A DNA stretch of 64,000 nt, taken from contig NC_135253.1 in the NCBI RefSeq assembly GCF_964204865.1, forward strand, positions 14,508,001-14,572,000, in the 5' to 3' direction. The position numbers and the translations under genes are program-made. Shown in pieces: positions 1 through 11,670 of this stretch. Within the stretch, counting starts at the first letter, position 1; every line of letters begins with the position of its first letter. This stretch comes from Styela clava (lineage: Eukaryota). The notes beneath the pieces are model-generated. The model was not told where the DNA came from. It was given only the letters and a program-made list of their open reading frames with translations, and did not search any database.

Positions 1-382
1 AGTTCAGGGACATTTAATTCATCCCTACATATATACCGTTCAATATGTTTTCAATGTTAGTCTAGTCTTGGAAAGTTTTGAGATTGTTTTTATCGTGGAA
101 AACTGAATAAAATGAAATAAAGAGGCCTCCTCATTCACTGTTTTTATCGTGGAAAACTGAAAATGGAATGGAGAGTTTATAACGCCTCTTCAATCACGTA
201 GTCGTTAGAGGGTTGTGATTAGAGTGGTAGTGACTTCAACGTGGCAGAAAGCCAATCTAAAAATGCAATTCTCATACAGTGAAATCCCGTTTCAAAGCTC
301 TTTTGAAACCACGGGAATATTTACCGTAGTCCGTAGCGTTGGAACATATTTCGGTAATTAGTATTACACAAATTACATAAAA

Positions 383-436
383 TCAAGTACAAGATATTAC
401 CTTAGTCCTTCAAGTACAAGATATTACCTTAGTCCT
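383..436. repeat. 27-bp perfect tandem duplication
   Basis: TCAAGTACAAGATATTACCTTAGTCCT occurs twice head to tail. Confidence 0.85.
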
Positions 437-900
437 TCAACGTCAAAGATTATGAGTCTAACGGAAAAATTGCGGTAGCGGGTTTACCTACGAGTGGCCA
501 ATACCGAATAGTTCACTGTTTCGAATACATTTGAAGTTCAAAATACGCTTATCTATAATATGCGAAAGAATTTGCATGCAATAAACAATGGAATAACTGG
601 CTATATTACCAGGCATTTCATATTCACAGATTACTGCGATATATATTTTAGAATAGTAACGCTTTTATTTTTTCACAAGTCGACGTAATCATGAGTTACG
701 TTAACAGATTTAAATTAATATGGCAAGGCATTTGAAATAGTGGTATCGGTCATGGATTTGAATATTTGGCGCAACACAAAATCATCCTGGTAAAAAGTTC
801 ATACTTTCAAATACCAACCATTATTCAAATTATTTGCCAAAAAGCGGGATAAGGTATAAATTATTTTTCCGACTTGGGACAATTTTTCCAAGAGTCTTAA

Positions 901-1380
901 AATACGAATCAAAAATTAATTATATTCAGGCGCTTTACCACACATTTTAAGTCCACAAATTGCCGTTGTATTTTGGAGTAATAATACTTTTATTATTTTG
1001 TGAATACGAAAATACGAATCAGCAATTAATTATATTCAGGCACTTCACCACACATTTTAAGCCCACAAATTGCCGTTGTATTTTGGAGTAATAATACTTT
1101 TATTATTTTGTGAATACGAAAATACGAATCAGCAATTAATTATATCCGGGCACTTTACCACACATTTTAAGTCCGTGTAGTGTATTTTTGAGTAATATTA
1201 TTTTGTGAATACGAATCAGAAATTAATTATATTCGGGCACCTTGCCACACATTTTAAGTCCACAAATTCCAGTAGATTTCAGAGTAATAATACTTTTATT
1301 ATTCAGTAAATCCGAAAATATGAATCAAAAATGAATAATATCGGGCAGTTCACTACACATTTTATGCTCACAAATTGTCG
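901..1380. repeat. ~110-bp tandem repeat (about 4.5 copies) flanked by a ~210-bp imperfect direct repeat
   Basis: Unit AATACGAATCAnnAATTAATTATATTCAGGCnCTTnACCACACATTTTAAG... starts at 901, 1011, 1121, ~1209 and ~1317. Segment ~692-885 (AGTTACGTTAA...GTATCGGTCATGGAT...AAAGCGGGA) recurs at ~1392-1600. Confidence 0.85.
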
Positions 1381-3267
1381 TCGCAACCATAAGTTACGTT
1401 AAACAAAACTAAATTAATAACGCATAATAATTTTATATGCTAGTATCGGTCATGGATATAAATAATTTGCACAACAGAAAATCATCCCAGTAAAAAGTCG
1501 AAACTTTCAAATATCATTATCAAAATTATTTGCCATAAAGCGGGAAAAAGTATTGATTATTTCCTCTAATAAATCGACTTGTTTTCCGACTCGCGACAAT
1601 TTATTGGGTATCATAACAATTACGACATTGAATAATCTTCAATTTCTTGACGTAATGGAAATGAATGTGTAAAATCGTTTGAAGATTCCCGCAAAAACGA
1701 AAAACCGTGTTTACGATGAAAAGAGACTATATGTATTCGAATATTTGATTCGTTTTGGACAACCCTGTCTACGAACCACAGTCTTCTTTTCTACAATACA
1801 ACAATAATTTTCGACCCAATTCTTTAAAAAGGTTCGCCATTCCTGCTAGACTAACCCATCAAATTGCGTGTTCCCTGACTACTACATGAAACATTAGCGT
1901 TTTCTGACCATCAAATGTTTGAGATTGTTTTGTAAAGTTCAAAAACAATTAGGTTGAAACTTTTCAGTTGCAGATTAGTAGTAATTTGACTCCAGTGTAA
2001 ATGTCGAATATTCAGGGAAGTATTTCACTGGCTTTATTTCGCTAAATGTCCGTACAATTATAGAGACCCTGCTCAGCGCAGAATGTTTTCAAAACATTTC
2101 GCCTATAAGTTTTTGAAAGTATAATTTCATTTGATTTCAATTGAAAATCTAGAAAGGCTTTTTTTATCTTATACTCACCAGAACAAATATTACAATCAAT
2201 AGATATGAATATTGAACGTATTACTAGCTCAAAATAATCCCTCATCAAACGCATTTGAACGCGAAATAACGGTGCACGAAACTACGCCAGTTATAAGCAC
2301 TATTAAATATTAAACAATGCGGATATATATAGCACCAAGGTCTAACCCACCCTATTCCAAACAGCACGGAAAATTTGTCGCAAATGCGTCTTTCCTTGGA
2401 ATTCAATTGCAACAGAGAACAAGACTTGCGTTACACGTAACACATTAATTTATAAGTTGCTCCTTCGCTATTCAGTAAGACATGGGTTGGATTCTGTACC
2501 AGGTAATGGTAATTATGTTCCTCCAGAAGTAAAGCATGCAAGAAGATTCCTAAAAAGTCAAACTAGTCTTCGACATTTTCTTTCTGAAAAACGATAAAAT
2601 GGATGAATTTGGTGGTTTCCAACATTTTGTGTTGAAATCTTCTATTAGTTGGTTTTTGAACTGTTTATACCAAAATCCCTATGTTTAATTACCTTGCCTT
2701 TTGTAGATTCTTTGCCAGTGTTATACAAAAGTCGCATTTTCATTTTTACGCAGTTCAAATAGTTTGTCGCGTTTTCATGAATAATATTATACAAAAGTGA
2801 GTAATACTACAACGTATATTCCTATTCAAAGACTCTCCTCTAGATAGGAATTCACCCAATATCATAAAAATCATTTTATAGCATAATATATCGAACACAT
2901 CTTTACATCAAAAGGTTATATTCAAATTATAAAACCAATTAACTTCGAAAGAAATTTTGAGAATTGAAATTAAACGAAACACGGAGAATGAACTCTTCAT
3001 GCAGTGTGATCGTGAATTATGCCAAAAATATTTTAAAGCAAAACAGGATTCTTCTACATATATACTTGAGCAATTTAAAATATTTGTAATTGAAAAGAAT
3101 TGTTTAATAACAGTATTTGGAATAGAAATATCGCAGGCTTCGGGGTGGCGTAAAAAATTGTAGGGACAATAATACCAGGGAAAAATTGAAATTTCCATGA
3201 CGAAAGAGATAAAACATATGACCTCATAAATGATGGCACGATCCACAATGCTATGCCAGCCAATGCA

Positions 3268-3377
3268 GACCTCTTGAAATATGCGCAACAAGCTGGCGCA
3301 TAACCTGAACTCAGGTTGTGTACCAGGTTAGGGTTCAGGTTGTGCGACATCTTGGTGCGCATACTTCAGGAGTACCC
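3268..3377. mobile_element. Short palindromic MITE, family CTCCTGAAGTATGCGCACC (degenerate copy)
   Basis: AACCTGAACTCAGGTTGTGTACCAGGTTAGGGTTCAGGTTGTGCGACATCTTGGTGCGCATACTTCAGGAG is near-identical at 24315-24400 and, inverted, at 55460-55569. Confidence 0.75.
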
Positions 3378-3599
3378 AAAACTTGATGAGAGAAACGTAA
3401 TAATATATCAAACATTAAAAGATTGTATTAAAATTATTAATCAGAAAAATATAAAAAAAATGTTCAAGACTTGATGAGAAAAATGTAATAATATATAAAA
3501 CATTAAAATTAATCATAAAATAAAGACACGATGTAAAATCGGACAATACCTTTTAAATGAATTTTAAAATGTGAAACACTGATCAGATTAGTTCCTTAA

Positions 3600-4445
3600 A
3601 TTTGACAATGTTCGTTTCCAAATCTGACACGCATTTCGCCATTCTTAACATGACACCCGTCAACCCACTGCCCTATTTCGCCCTCCTTAATCTGACACGC
3701 ATCGACCATATTTCATCATCTCTAACCTGACAGGAATCGACCCTATTTCGCCACCCCCAATTTGACACGCTTCGTCCGCATTTCGCCATCCCTAATCTGT
3801 CACGCTTCGACCGTATTTTGCCATCTCTAACCTGCCACGCTTCGACCGTATTTCGGCATCTCTAATCTGCCACCACGCTTCGACCGCATTTTGCCATCCC
3901 TAATCTGCCACGTTTCGACCGTATTTCGCCATCCCTAATCTGCCACCACGCTTCGACCGCATTTTGCCATCCCTAATCTGCCACCACGCTTCGACCGCAT
4001 TTTGCCATCCCTAATCTGCCACGCTTCGACCGCATTTCGCCATCCCTATTCTGCCACGCTTCGACCCCATTTCGCCATCCCATTTTGACACTCATCGACT
4101 GTGTTTTCCAAGCCCGAATTTGACAGGTACTAATCCATTTCATCAGCCCCAAATCTAAACACTTTGGCCATATTTCTTTGTAATTTTGAGGCAATTGTTC
4201 ATTGTTATCTGTATACTAAACAGCGCATTATGACAGTCGATTTTGGCAAAAACTGACAGCCATCGACCGCATTTTGCCATACCTAATCTGCCACCATTCG
4301 ACCGTATTTCGCCATCCCTAATCTGCCACGCTTCGACCGCATTTTGCCATCCCCAATTTGTCTTTTCGTCCCTATTTCGCCATCCCTAATCTGCCACCTT
4401 TCGACCGTATTTCGCCATCCCTATTTTGCCATCCCCAATATGACT
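3600..4445. repeat. GC-richer ~35-bp minisatellite
   Basis: Unit CTAATCTGCCACGCTTCGACCGCATTTTGCCATCC repeated with variants, interrupted at ~4150-4250. It abuts the truncated 5' end of the retrotransposon. Confidence 0.9.
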
Positions 4446-4470
4446 TTTATGCTACCAACCCTCCTCTGGA

Positions 4471-6138
4471 ATGACAGCAAAGAAATTGATTGCAAAGAAA
4501 TCATGGTTACAAGGACCAGAATTTCTCTACCAGAATGAAGAGAACTGGCCACAAATGCCAGTTAAATTACCAGATTTACCATTGGAATTTATTCAGAAAA
4601 AGCCAATGAATGTCCTAATTAATCTAGTGACGGAGAATGAACCATTGGACAAGTTCATCAACTATTATTCTTCATGGTATAAGTTGAAGAAAGCTACGGC
4701 ATGGATTATCAGATTCAAAATTTATTTACAAGCTAAACCAACTGTTCAAAAAGGTAAATTGCAAACAGAAGAGTTGAGAAGATCCGAAAATGAGCTGATA
4801 AAGTATTTACAAAATAGTGAGTTGAATAAAGTTATTGCAAAGTTACAAAATTCTGATGTACAAGGAAAAAGTGTGCTTAGAAATTTGAAAATTGCACCTT
4901 CAATGCAAAAGTTGAATCCTGTTTTAATTAATGGAATATTGAGAGTGGGTGGAAGATTGCAAAACGCACCCATAGAATTTGATTTGAAACATCCAATAAT
5001 ACTGCCAAGTAACCATCATATCACACAGTTGATTGTCAGAGAATACCATAAAAGTTCACATCATTGTGGAGCAAGTCATACATGGAATTTGCTGAGACAG
5101 AAGTTCTGGATTATTAATGGAGCTGTTGTTGTAAAGCGAAATATTCGTAATTGCATTTTTTGCAAAAAGAGAAATGCTTCGATGGGTAAGCAATTTATGG
5201 CTGACCTAACTAAAGAACGTGTGACACCAGATCAACCTCCATTCACATGTGTTGGAGTTGACAACTTCGGACCGTTGTTGGTGAAGCAAGGAAGAAGTTC
5301 TGTGAAGAGATGGGGCTTGATAATAACCTGTGCAACAACTAGAGCAGTGCATTTGGAAATTGTGCATAGTATGGATGTCAATTCATTTATTAATGGATTA
5401 AGAAGATTCATTGCCAGAAGAGGCAAGATGTCAACCATTATATGTGATAATGGGAGCAATTTTACAGCTGGAAATAAAGTGTAGAAGAAAGAAATTCAAA
5501 TTTGGAATTCCAGTAAAATGGGAGAATTTTGCAGACAAAGTGATATCATATTCAAGTTCAATCCTCCCACAGCTTCACACTTTGGAGGTTTCTATGAAAG
5601 ACTCATCAGATCAGCAAGGAAGATATTGACTGCATTATTGCATGATCAATTGGTTACTGATGAAGCGTTGTCTACTATATTTTGTGAAGTTGAAAGTCAA
5701 TTGAATTCAAGACCACTTACACCTATTAGTATGGATCCTTTGGATGAAGAACCCCTTTCACCAAATCATTTATTGTTGCTGAAACATAAAGCAAATTTAC
5801 CACCAGGAATATTTGACAAGAAAGATTGTTATGCGAGAAGAAGATGGCGTCAAATACAATATTTGGCTGACCAATTCTGGATAAGATGGTCCAGAGAAGT
5901 ACTCGTCAATCTACAAGCTCGACATAAATGGTTGAAGAAGGAAGACAATTTCAAAGTCAATGATCTTGTGCTACTGGTTGACAACACAATACCAAGAGGG
6001 AAGTGGCTGACTGGCAGAATTATGGAAGTTATACCAGACAAATTTGGAGCTGTCAGACAAGTGACTGTCAAAACTTCTCATGGGTTTTTAAGAAGACCTA
6101 TAGCAAAACTTTGTATGATTCAGAGAGCTGATGAGTAA
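4471..6138 (+). pseudogene. BEL/Pao pol C-terminal region (integrase) with one in-frame nonsense codon
   Basis: ORFs 4471-5484 and 5518-6138 are in the same frame and separated only by TAG at 5482-5484 (GNKV*KKEIQIWNSSKMGEF). Confidence 0.88.
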
Positions 6139-6235
6139 TTCATTGTTAGTTGTATTACTTATTTGTGATGATTCTCACTTTTTCTTTTTGAATTGTAAGA
6201 TGTATTCTCTTCGTTCCTACATCTGGGGCGGGGAA

Positions 6236-7288
6236 TGTTAGCGAGAATCATAACGTGTTTCTAATTTGATGACGTTTTACGTTGTTACGCAGACGTTGCA
6301 AACGTATCGACGCAGCATTATTGCGACAGAGTCCTGTTTCTCGATTAATCCCGGGAATTCTAAATTATCGCCACGCTGCTTCGATGAGTTGGCACCTTCT
6401 GTCTTGTATCCAGTGTAATCTATTGCGCTAGTTGTTTATCGTGTTTAATATTGGATTTACTATTCGCGGTTAGGATAAACGATTCGAATTGAAGTTATTA
6501 ATTGGGTTTAAAATCAACGGTTTATACTGGAGTTGTAATATAATGTAGGGATACAGGTTAGGGTTGTAATATAGTCCAAATAGAATGATAAATGCTGTTT
6601 CTTGTATTTAGTCACATAAGTTAAGTTGTATTTACTTTGGATTATAAATTGTTGAATTGAGTTGCCTGGAGATCCTAAACATTCGGTATGTAAATATTGT
6701 TTTATCTTGTATGATTTATTCTGTATTTTAGTATTGTGAATACTATTTTATCCTATGTGATTTAATCTGTACATAATTGTGACATATGGTTATCTGGTAA
6801 TTGATGTGAATTGTTATTGCTTGTAAAAATGGTAATGCTGTTATATTTGATTAATTGTGCCATATAAGCTATTTAGTTTTGTCTATTATTTTGCAGAAAA
6901 CCGTTCCAATAACAACGTTCCTTTACGTTCCTCATACCCGGTATCAAGATTTACGTTACGTTCCATTAACAACTTTCCGGTACCCGGCAAGTTCTATTTT
7001 CCTGATTCATGTTCGAGATTTGATTTGAAGTGTCTGTTGATTGTTATTAAAGATATTCACCGATTTCAAGTTGAATTATATTGGGGCAGCATTTGAAAGG
7101 CACAGAAGAATCTGGCGGCACTTTAACCGCTGTTTACAGACTTTAATTGCTTGAAAGCACGGACTAGTTGTAACAATTAACCGATATAGGTTTGGGGTCA
7201 GGACTGGGGTATTGGGACGCGTTTTTGAAGTCTCCAATCTCTTAATGTGCGTGAGAAGTAACCAGGCTACATAGAATCGAGCGCAACA
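6236..7288 (+). repeat. Putative 3' LTR of the BEL/Pao element
   Basis: Begins TG immediately after the PPT; imperfect inverted end TGTTAGCG...CGCAACA. No second LTR in the window to confirm the end. Confidence 0.6.
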
Positions 7289-7518
7289 GACGGTCACCGT
7301 AATTTGGATACAGTGACACAATGGAATAACTCAAAACCACTCATGGCATAATGGTAGCGAGAACGTATGATATATTTAAAAAACGGTTTAAGCAGTCTTT
7401 GAATTATGCTTATTTATTGTGGCCTAACTCCTAATGGCATTACATTTTAGCAGGCAATTGGTACACATATGGATCATTCAATTGAACGGATGAGCAATAA
7501 GTACAATGTTTAGACTAC

Positions 7519-8050
7519 CTGAAAAAGCATTGCATAAGGCATCCATCTCATCACATTTATTGCTTCATTTGGTTGTTTCAGAAGTTTTCCATCGTTTACA
7601 TTAAAATCGTTTTTGCACAACTTCAGGATGTTATTATCATGAACATATTTTATCACTGGTGATTCCCAGCAATAAGTTTCACAATATTTGATGAAATCTG
7701 AGGAATATCCAGTTTCGTTTTTCACTGGATGACACGTGATATTTCCGACTGTTAAATTGTATATATATATATATAAATTATAAGGCGATAGTATCGAAAT
7801 ATTCCAGATTGGAAACAAAATACAACTTTTTAAACGCTCAAAACAGTTTCATATTTTAAGTAGAATTGTAACTCTATAATTTTTACTCACCGATCAGTTC
7901 AGTCAATTTGACAGCGATTGCTAGAATAATAACCAGGCGAACACCAATAAACTGCAATATGCGATCCGGTCCAAGTTCTATTACTGTCTCACTTTCATGC
8001 AGTTGAAACGCTTCATCTAAAGCTGTCAAAATCGTATTTTGACCTGACAT
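7519..8050 (-). pseudogene. Pannexin/innexin-like gene A, exons 1-2 only (close paralog of gene B); truncated or interrupted
   Basis: Exon 1 8050-7891 (MSGQNTILTALDEAFQLHESETVIELGPDRILQFIGVRLVIILAIAVKLTELI, GTGAGT donor). Exon 2 7748-7519 (VGNITCHPVKNETGYSSDFIKYCETYCWES...WMPYAMLFQ). Both exons are open with intact splice sites. I found no exon 3-6 homologue in 1-7500, and the LTR lies ~200 bp into intron 2. Confidence 0.75.
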
Positions 8051-8717
8051 CCTAACACTGCCTTGAAAATTGCGTACCAAAGAATGGGCTTACCAGCTTT
8101 AATAAAATGTTCTTTCAGTCTGACTTAAACAATGGCAGTCAGGGCTTATCGTTTCCTGCAACGGTCTGTGATTTTGAATGCCTCGATTTACTCATAGTTT
8201 CTTAACGGTGAATATGGTAAATATAATACAAAATTTCAACTTAATTTTTCGTTTTTGTCTATTATTAAGTTGATAGCGCGTAGGGTAAATCAGTAAACGC
8301 ATATTTGTCCGTATGTTTTTAATTTACTTTCGTGATTTAAGCAAGGACGTAAAATTGCGATTTAAGTGATGCGTCGACACTTTAAATAAAACTACAGCAT
8401 AAATGTGAGTAAAATCGTGCGACTCTGAGGATTCCCAGCAGTGAACGTTTGCATACTTTATAAACGGTTTTTAACTTTGTGAGTATTTGTCACAGGACAA
8501 CATGACATTTGCACCCCATAAACACTGATTTCAACGTCAAGTATCAATATACTCTGGTATATTCGTTTTTTCGCATATTTTGTCGGCATATACACAAGCG
8601 TGGCATGTTTATAAAACTGCACAAGAAATTTCTCTTCGAAGGTTTGAATTTTGTTGGTGTGTTCCAGTAAACGTTATTGGACCTTGTGCCTTTAGTTTTG
8701 TGAATATTCAGATTTAC

Positions 8718-8872
8718 CGGCCACTTCTGACATTTTCAACAACAGTCAGCAATTCCAAAAAAGAAACTTCCAAAAAAGGTAGAAATTGCTCAGATGGAAC
8801 CTCCATAACCATTTTCTCATCGTGCGTTAGGGAAGCTTGTTCCAGTTCTTCGAATATTCCTGTTTGACTCGT
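8718..8872 (-). pseudogene. Degenerate exon-1 relic of a further pannexin-like paralog (gene C-like)
   Basis: Reads TSQTGIFEELEQASLTHDEKMVMEVPSEQFLPFLEVSFLELLTVV/KMSEVAG|GTAAAT, against gene C MSQAETLQGLDTASQKHEQELVIELSSDRILHFLGVSLPILLAVVTKITEITG|GT. The start is ACG in place of ATG. Length is 155 nt versus 157 nt, i.e. a 2-nt frameshifting deletion, and the phase-1 donor is retained. Confidence 0.78.
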
Positions 8873-11670
8873 GTTGTAGCATAGCTATTAATAAATAAAA
8901 ACCTTGGGCAGTGGTTCCCATCCTTTTTCGTTATATTCCTTCCTTCGCCTATTTTAGAACTCTTTATTCCCTTTCACTATGCAAAAAACTGCTTTATTTA
9001 TTTAATTTTTATCGTAATAGTAATTCATATCAATAATAGGAAATCAAAGACTATTAGTGACGCTACTGAAAATACAAAATGAAATTTTCAGAGGGGGATT
9101 TCGTCTTCATTGGGAAACATGGCTATAAATTTTTTGAACCAATGATCAAATACTATTGCTTATGCGCGTATACCACTCTTCCCACTATATATATCTGCTA
9201 GTCTCTCTGCTCATCATGATTCATGACATGCTCGTTTTCTGAAATAGAAATTCAGAAACGTGGGAAAACTGTAAATATTGTTCATGAGATATAACTTTTC
9301 ACGTCACACTTATGTGGCCCGCTAGTCTTGGTGGACAATATTTATGACCCCTGGTCAAAAAACCTTGCCCAACCCTGCTCTAGATGACAGTTAAATATTA
9401 TATTTACTTGCAGTCATCAATCCTGGTAAAACTTGCCACTGATGTTTTGTTATAAGCAATAAATACAAAGCAATTGATAGGAAGACAGCAATTAAATTGC
9501 AAAGCATTTCATTACTTTGAAAATAAATTGGCAACCATGAATATTAAAATCCGCTGTTATGAAATTGCTTCATGCATAGTCTACCATTAAAATTTTAGAT
9601 GGAGGCATTGGATTTATTTAAAATTGCAATAATTTTATGCTGTGTACTCAAGATGGAACTAATTCAATTAATGACGAAAAAGTCCTGTTTCTCTACTAAT
9701 AATCGTGAATGTCTCCGCTATGAACTCCAAAATAAAATTGAATGTTATACGTTAAAAATTAGTAAATATAGTACAAAATTTCTACTTAATCTTCGGTTAT
9801 TCGCTATTATTAAGTTAATAGCGCATATAGGGTAAATCAGTAAACGCATATTTGTCCGTATGTTTTCTATTTACTTTCATAATTCAAGCAATGATATAAA
9901 ATTGCAATATAAGCAATTAAAAACATGCAAACAAACTCTTGATTGATAGAGTGTACAAAGACGATTATTTAGTTTCAGTACACAAGGGCCCGTAATTGTC
10001 GTCAATCTTGTATGCAATCGTGTATGCAATTGTTTTAGGAAAGAATTTTGACTTAGGAGTTCAGGTAAAATACTGGCCTTGGGTACACTTTATATTCAGA
10101 TACGCTGTTGCTCTATCGGATGTTGTGGGAACATCGAAACTCCAGTGCTTTTTTTAATCTATTAAATCAAACAAATTGTGTATTCTCTGTGTGTATCGAA
10201 ACTTTAAAATGTAATGATCTAAATTATATATGCATTGTGCAAATATTATAATATCAGTTCGTTCATGGTACTATTTTAAAATTTATATTGGGGTGCCTTA
10301 TCATAAACTACTCAACACGAATATATCCTCATAATCGAAAAAATTTAAAATAGTTCTTATCGTGCATTTGAAGTTGCGAAAGATCTAAATGCTCGCGTTA
10401 TTCGTTTTTGTTGCGAAATAACGATCTATCAGCTTTTGTACTAGGCTCACCTTTACTATCATCGTATTTAAATTGAAAATTGAATGGCGGTGTCTCATAT
10501 AACGATATTCTTTCATTAAACATTGTATAAATTGTAACATTGGACGTCACCTCAATTAAAAGTACAGCATAAATATGAATACAACAAACTGTGCGTGTCT
10601 GAGGATTCCTAGTAGTAAACGTTTGCATATTTATAAATCTTTTTAACGTTGTGAGTAATTTTCACAGGACAACATGACGATTGCATCCCAAAAAAACATT
10701 GATTTCAACGTCAAGTACTATTTCTCTCTGGTATACTCGTTTTATTTTCATTTCGAACCCAACCTGCACCTGACCTCACGATTCCTTTACGGATTACGCC
10801 AACGACACTGATGGGTGCTGCGGTGATTGAAGTATTAATAACCTAATTAACAGGTTTTTATCAACGCAAACTTGGCTACATCTGACGAGGTCGATGAGAA
10901 ACAGACGTTTTCCGCTAGTATATAGTGTATGCTATGCATAACATGTTCAGATAAATTTCCCGTTTGCGTGTTTTGAAACCTTTCAATCCTTGCCAACTTT
11001 GCATGAAAACTCTGTTTCCATTATTTGTTCAATCCTATATTGATCCTTAGTGATACAAGCAACTCACACTATGGATTTTGTACAGTTTAATTATTTGGAG
11101 TATGTATCACAATAATTGCAAATAAGTGAACAAGATTTGTGAAACTACGCTAAATATTAAATGATATTTCCTCCCCAGGAACATGAAAATTCCTCAAAAT
11201 TTCTCCCCGGTCGGAAAACTATGGTCTAACCAAAGGAATAAAAAGTAAATCAACAATAACATATCTTGTACATGAAATTCAGGTATATATATTATATTTA
11301 TTTGCAGTCATCAATCCTGTATATATAACTTGCTAAAATTATATGAACAAACTATTACCTAGCGAGGGTAAAGCCATGTTATTTCAACACACAAATATAA
11401 ACTTGAATATTTACGCAATTAATAACAAGAAATGAATGTTTAGAGAATATAAATTACTGATATGATAACCATTACATCCCATAATCTATCATGAATGCGA
11501 GCAACATTAGAAACGATAGCGACTGAAGAAATGTCGAAATTCAAACAGAACGTTGAGCCGACAAATATATGATTCTTCAGACCATTCATATCCGATTTTA
11601 AAGTGTTCAAATATTGATATAATTACACGAGGTTTTGGTTTATAACATTATATCAAATTCTTGTCTTATT

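Larger units (their letters stand above)
4462..7288 (+). mobile_element. BEL/Pao LTR retrotransposon, 5'-truncated (end of RNase H region, integrase, PPT, 3' LTR)
   Basis: Pao-type motifs WLQGPEFL..E..WP, LNPVLINGILRVGGRL and KHPIILP; HHCC zinc finger (HKSSHHCG...CIFC); DDE integrase (VGVDNFGP, ICDNGSNF, GGFYER); C-terminal FWIRW...PRGKW..GRI..V.P...G.VR.V.VKT. Polypurine tract GGGGCGGGGAA at 6225-6235 is followed by TGTTAGCG. The LTR right end is uncertain (GCGCAACA at 7288, or near 7318). Confidence 0.92.

Noticed and set aside
2179-2254. Possible first exon on the minus strand (MRLMRDYF...ICS then GTGAGT donor)
   Set aside because: Good donor, but no recognisable homology or downstream exon, and not similar to the missing exons of gene A.
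3600-4445. 35-bp repeat array as a CRISPR array, and ORFs 3973-4194 and 4344-4538
   Set aside because: Units are contiguous with no unique spacers, there are no cas genes and the context is eukaryotic; the ORFs are repeat translations.
585-7331. 14-bp match ACAATGGAATAACT at 585 and 7318 as a target-site duplication
   Set aside because: Too long for an LTR-element TSD, and such matches are expected by chance in 64 kb of AT-rich DNA.
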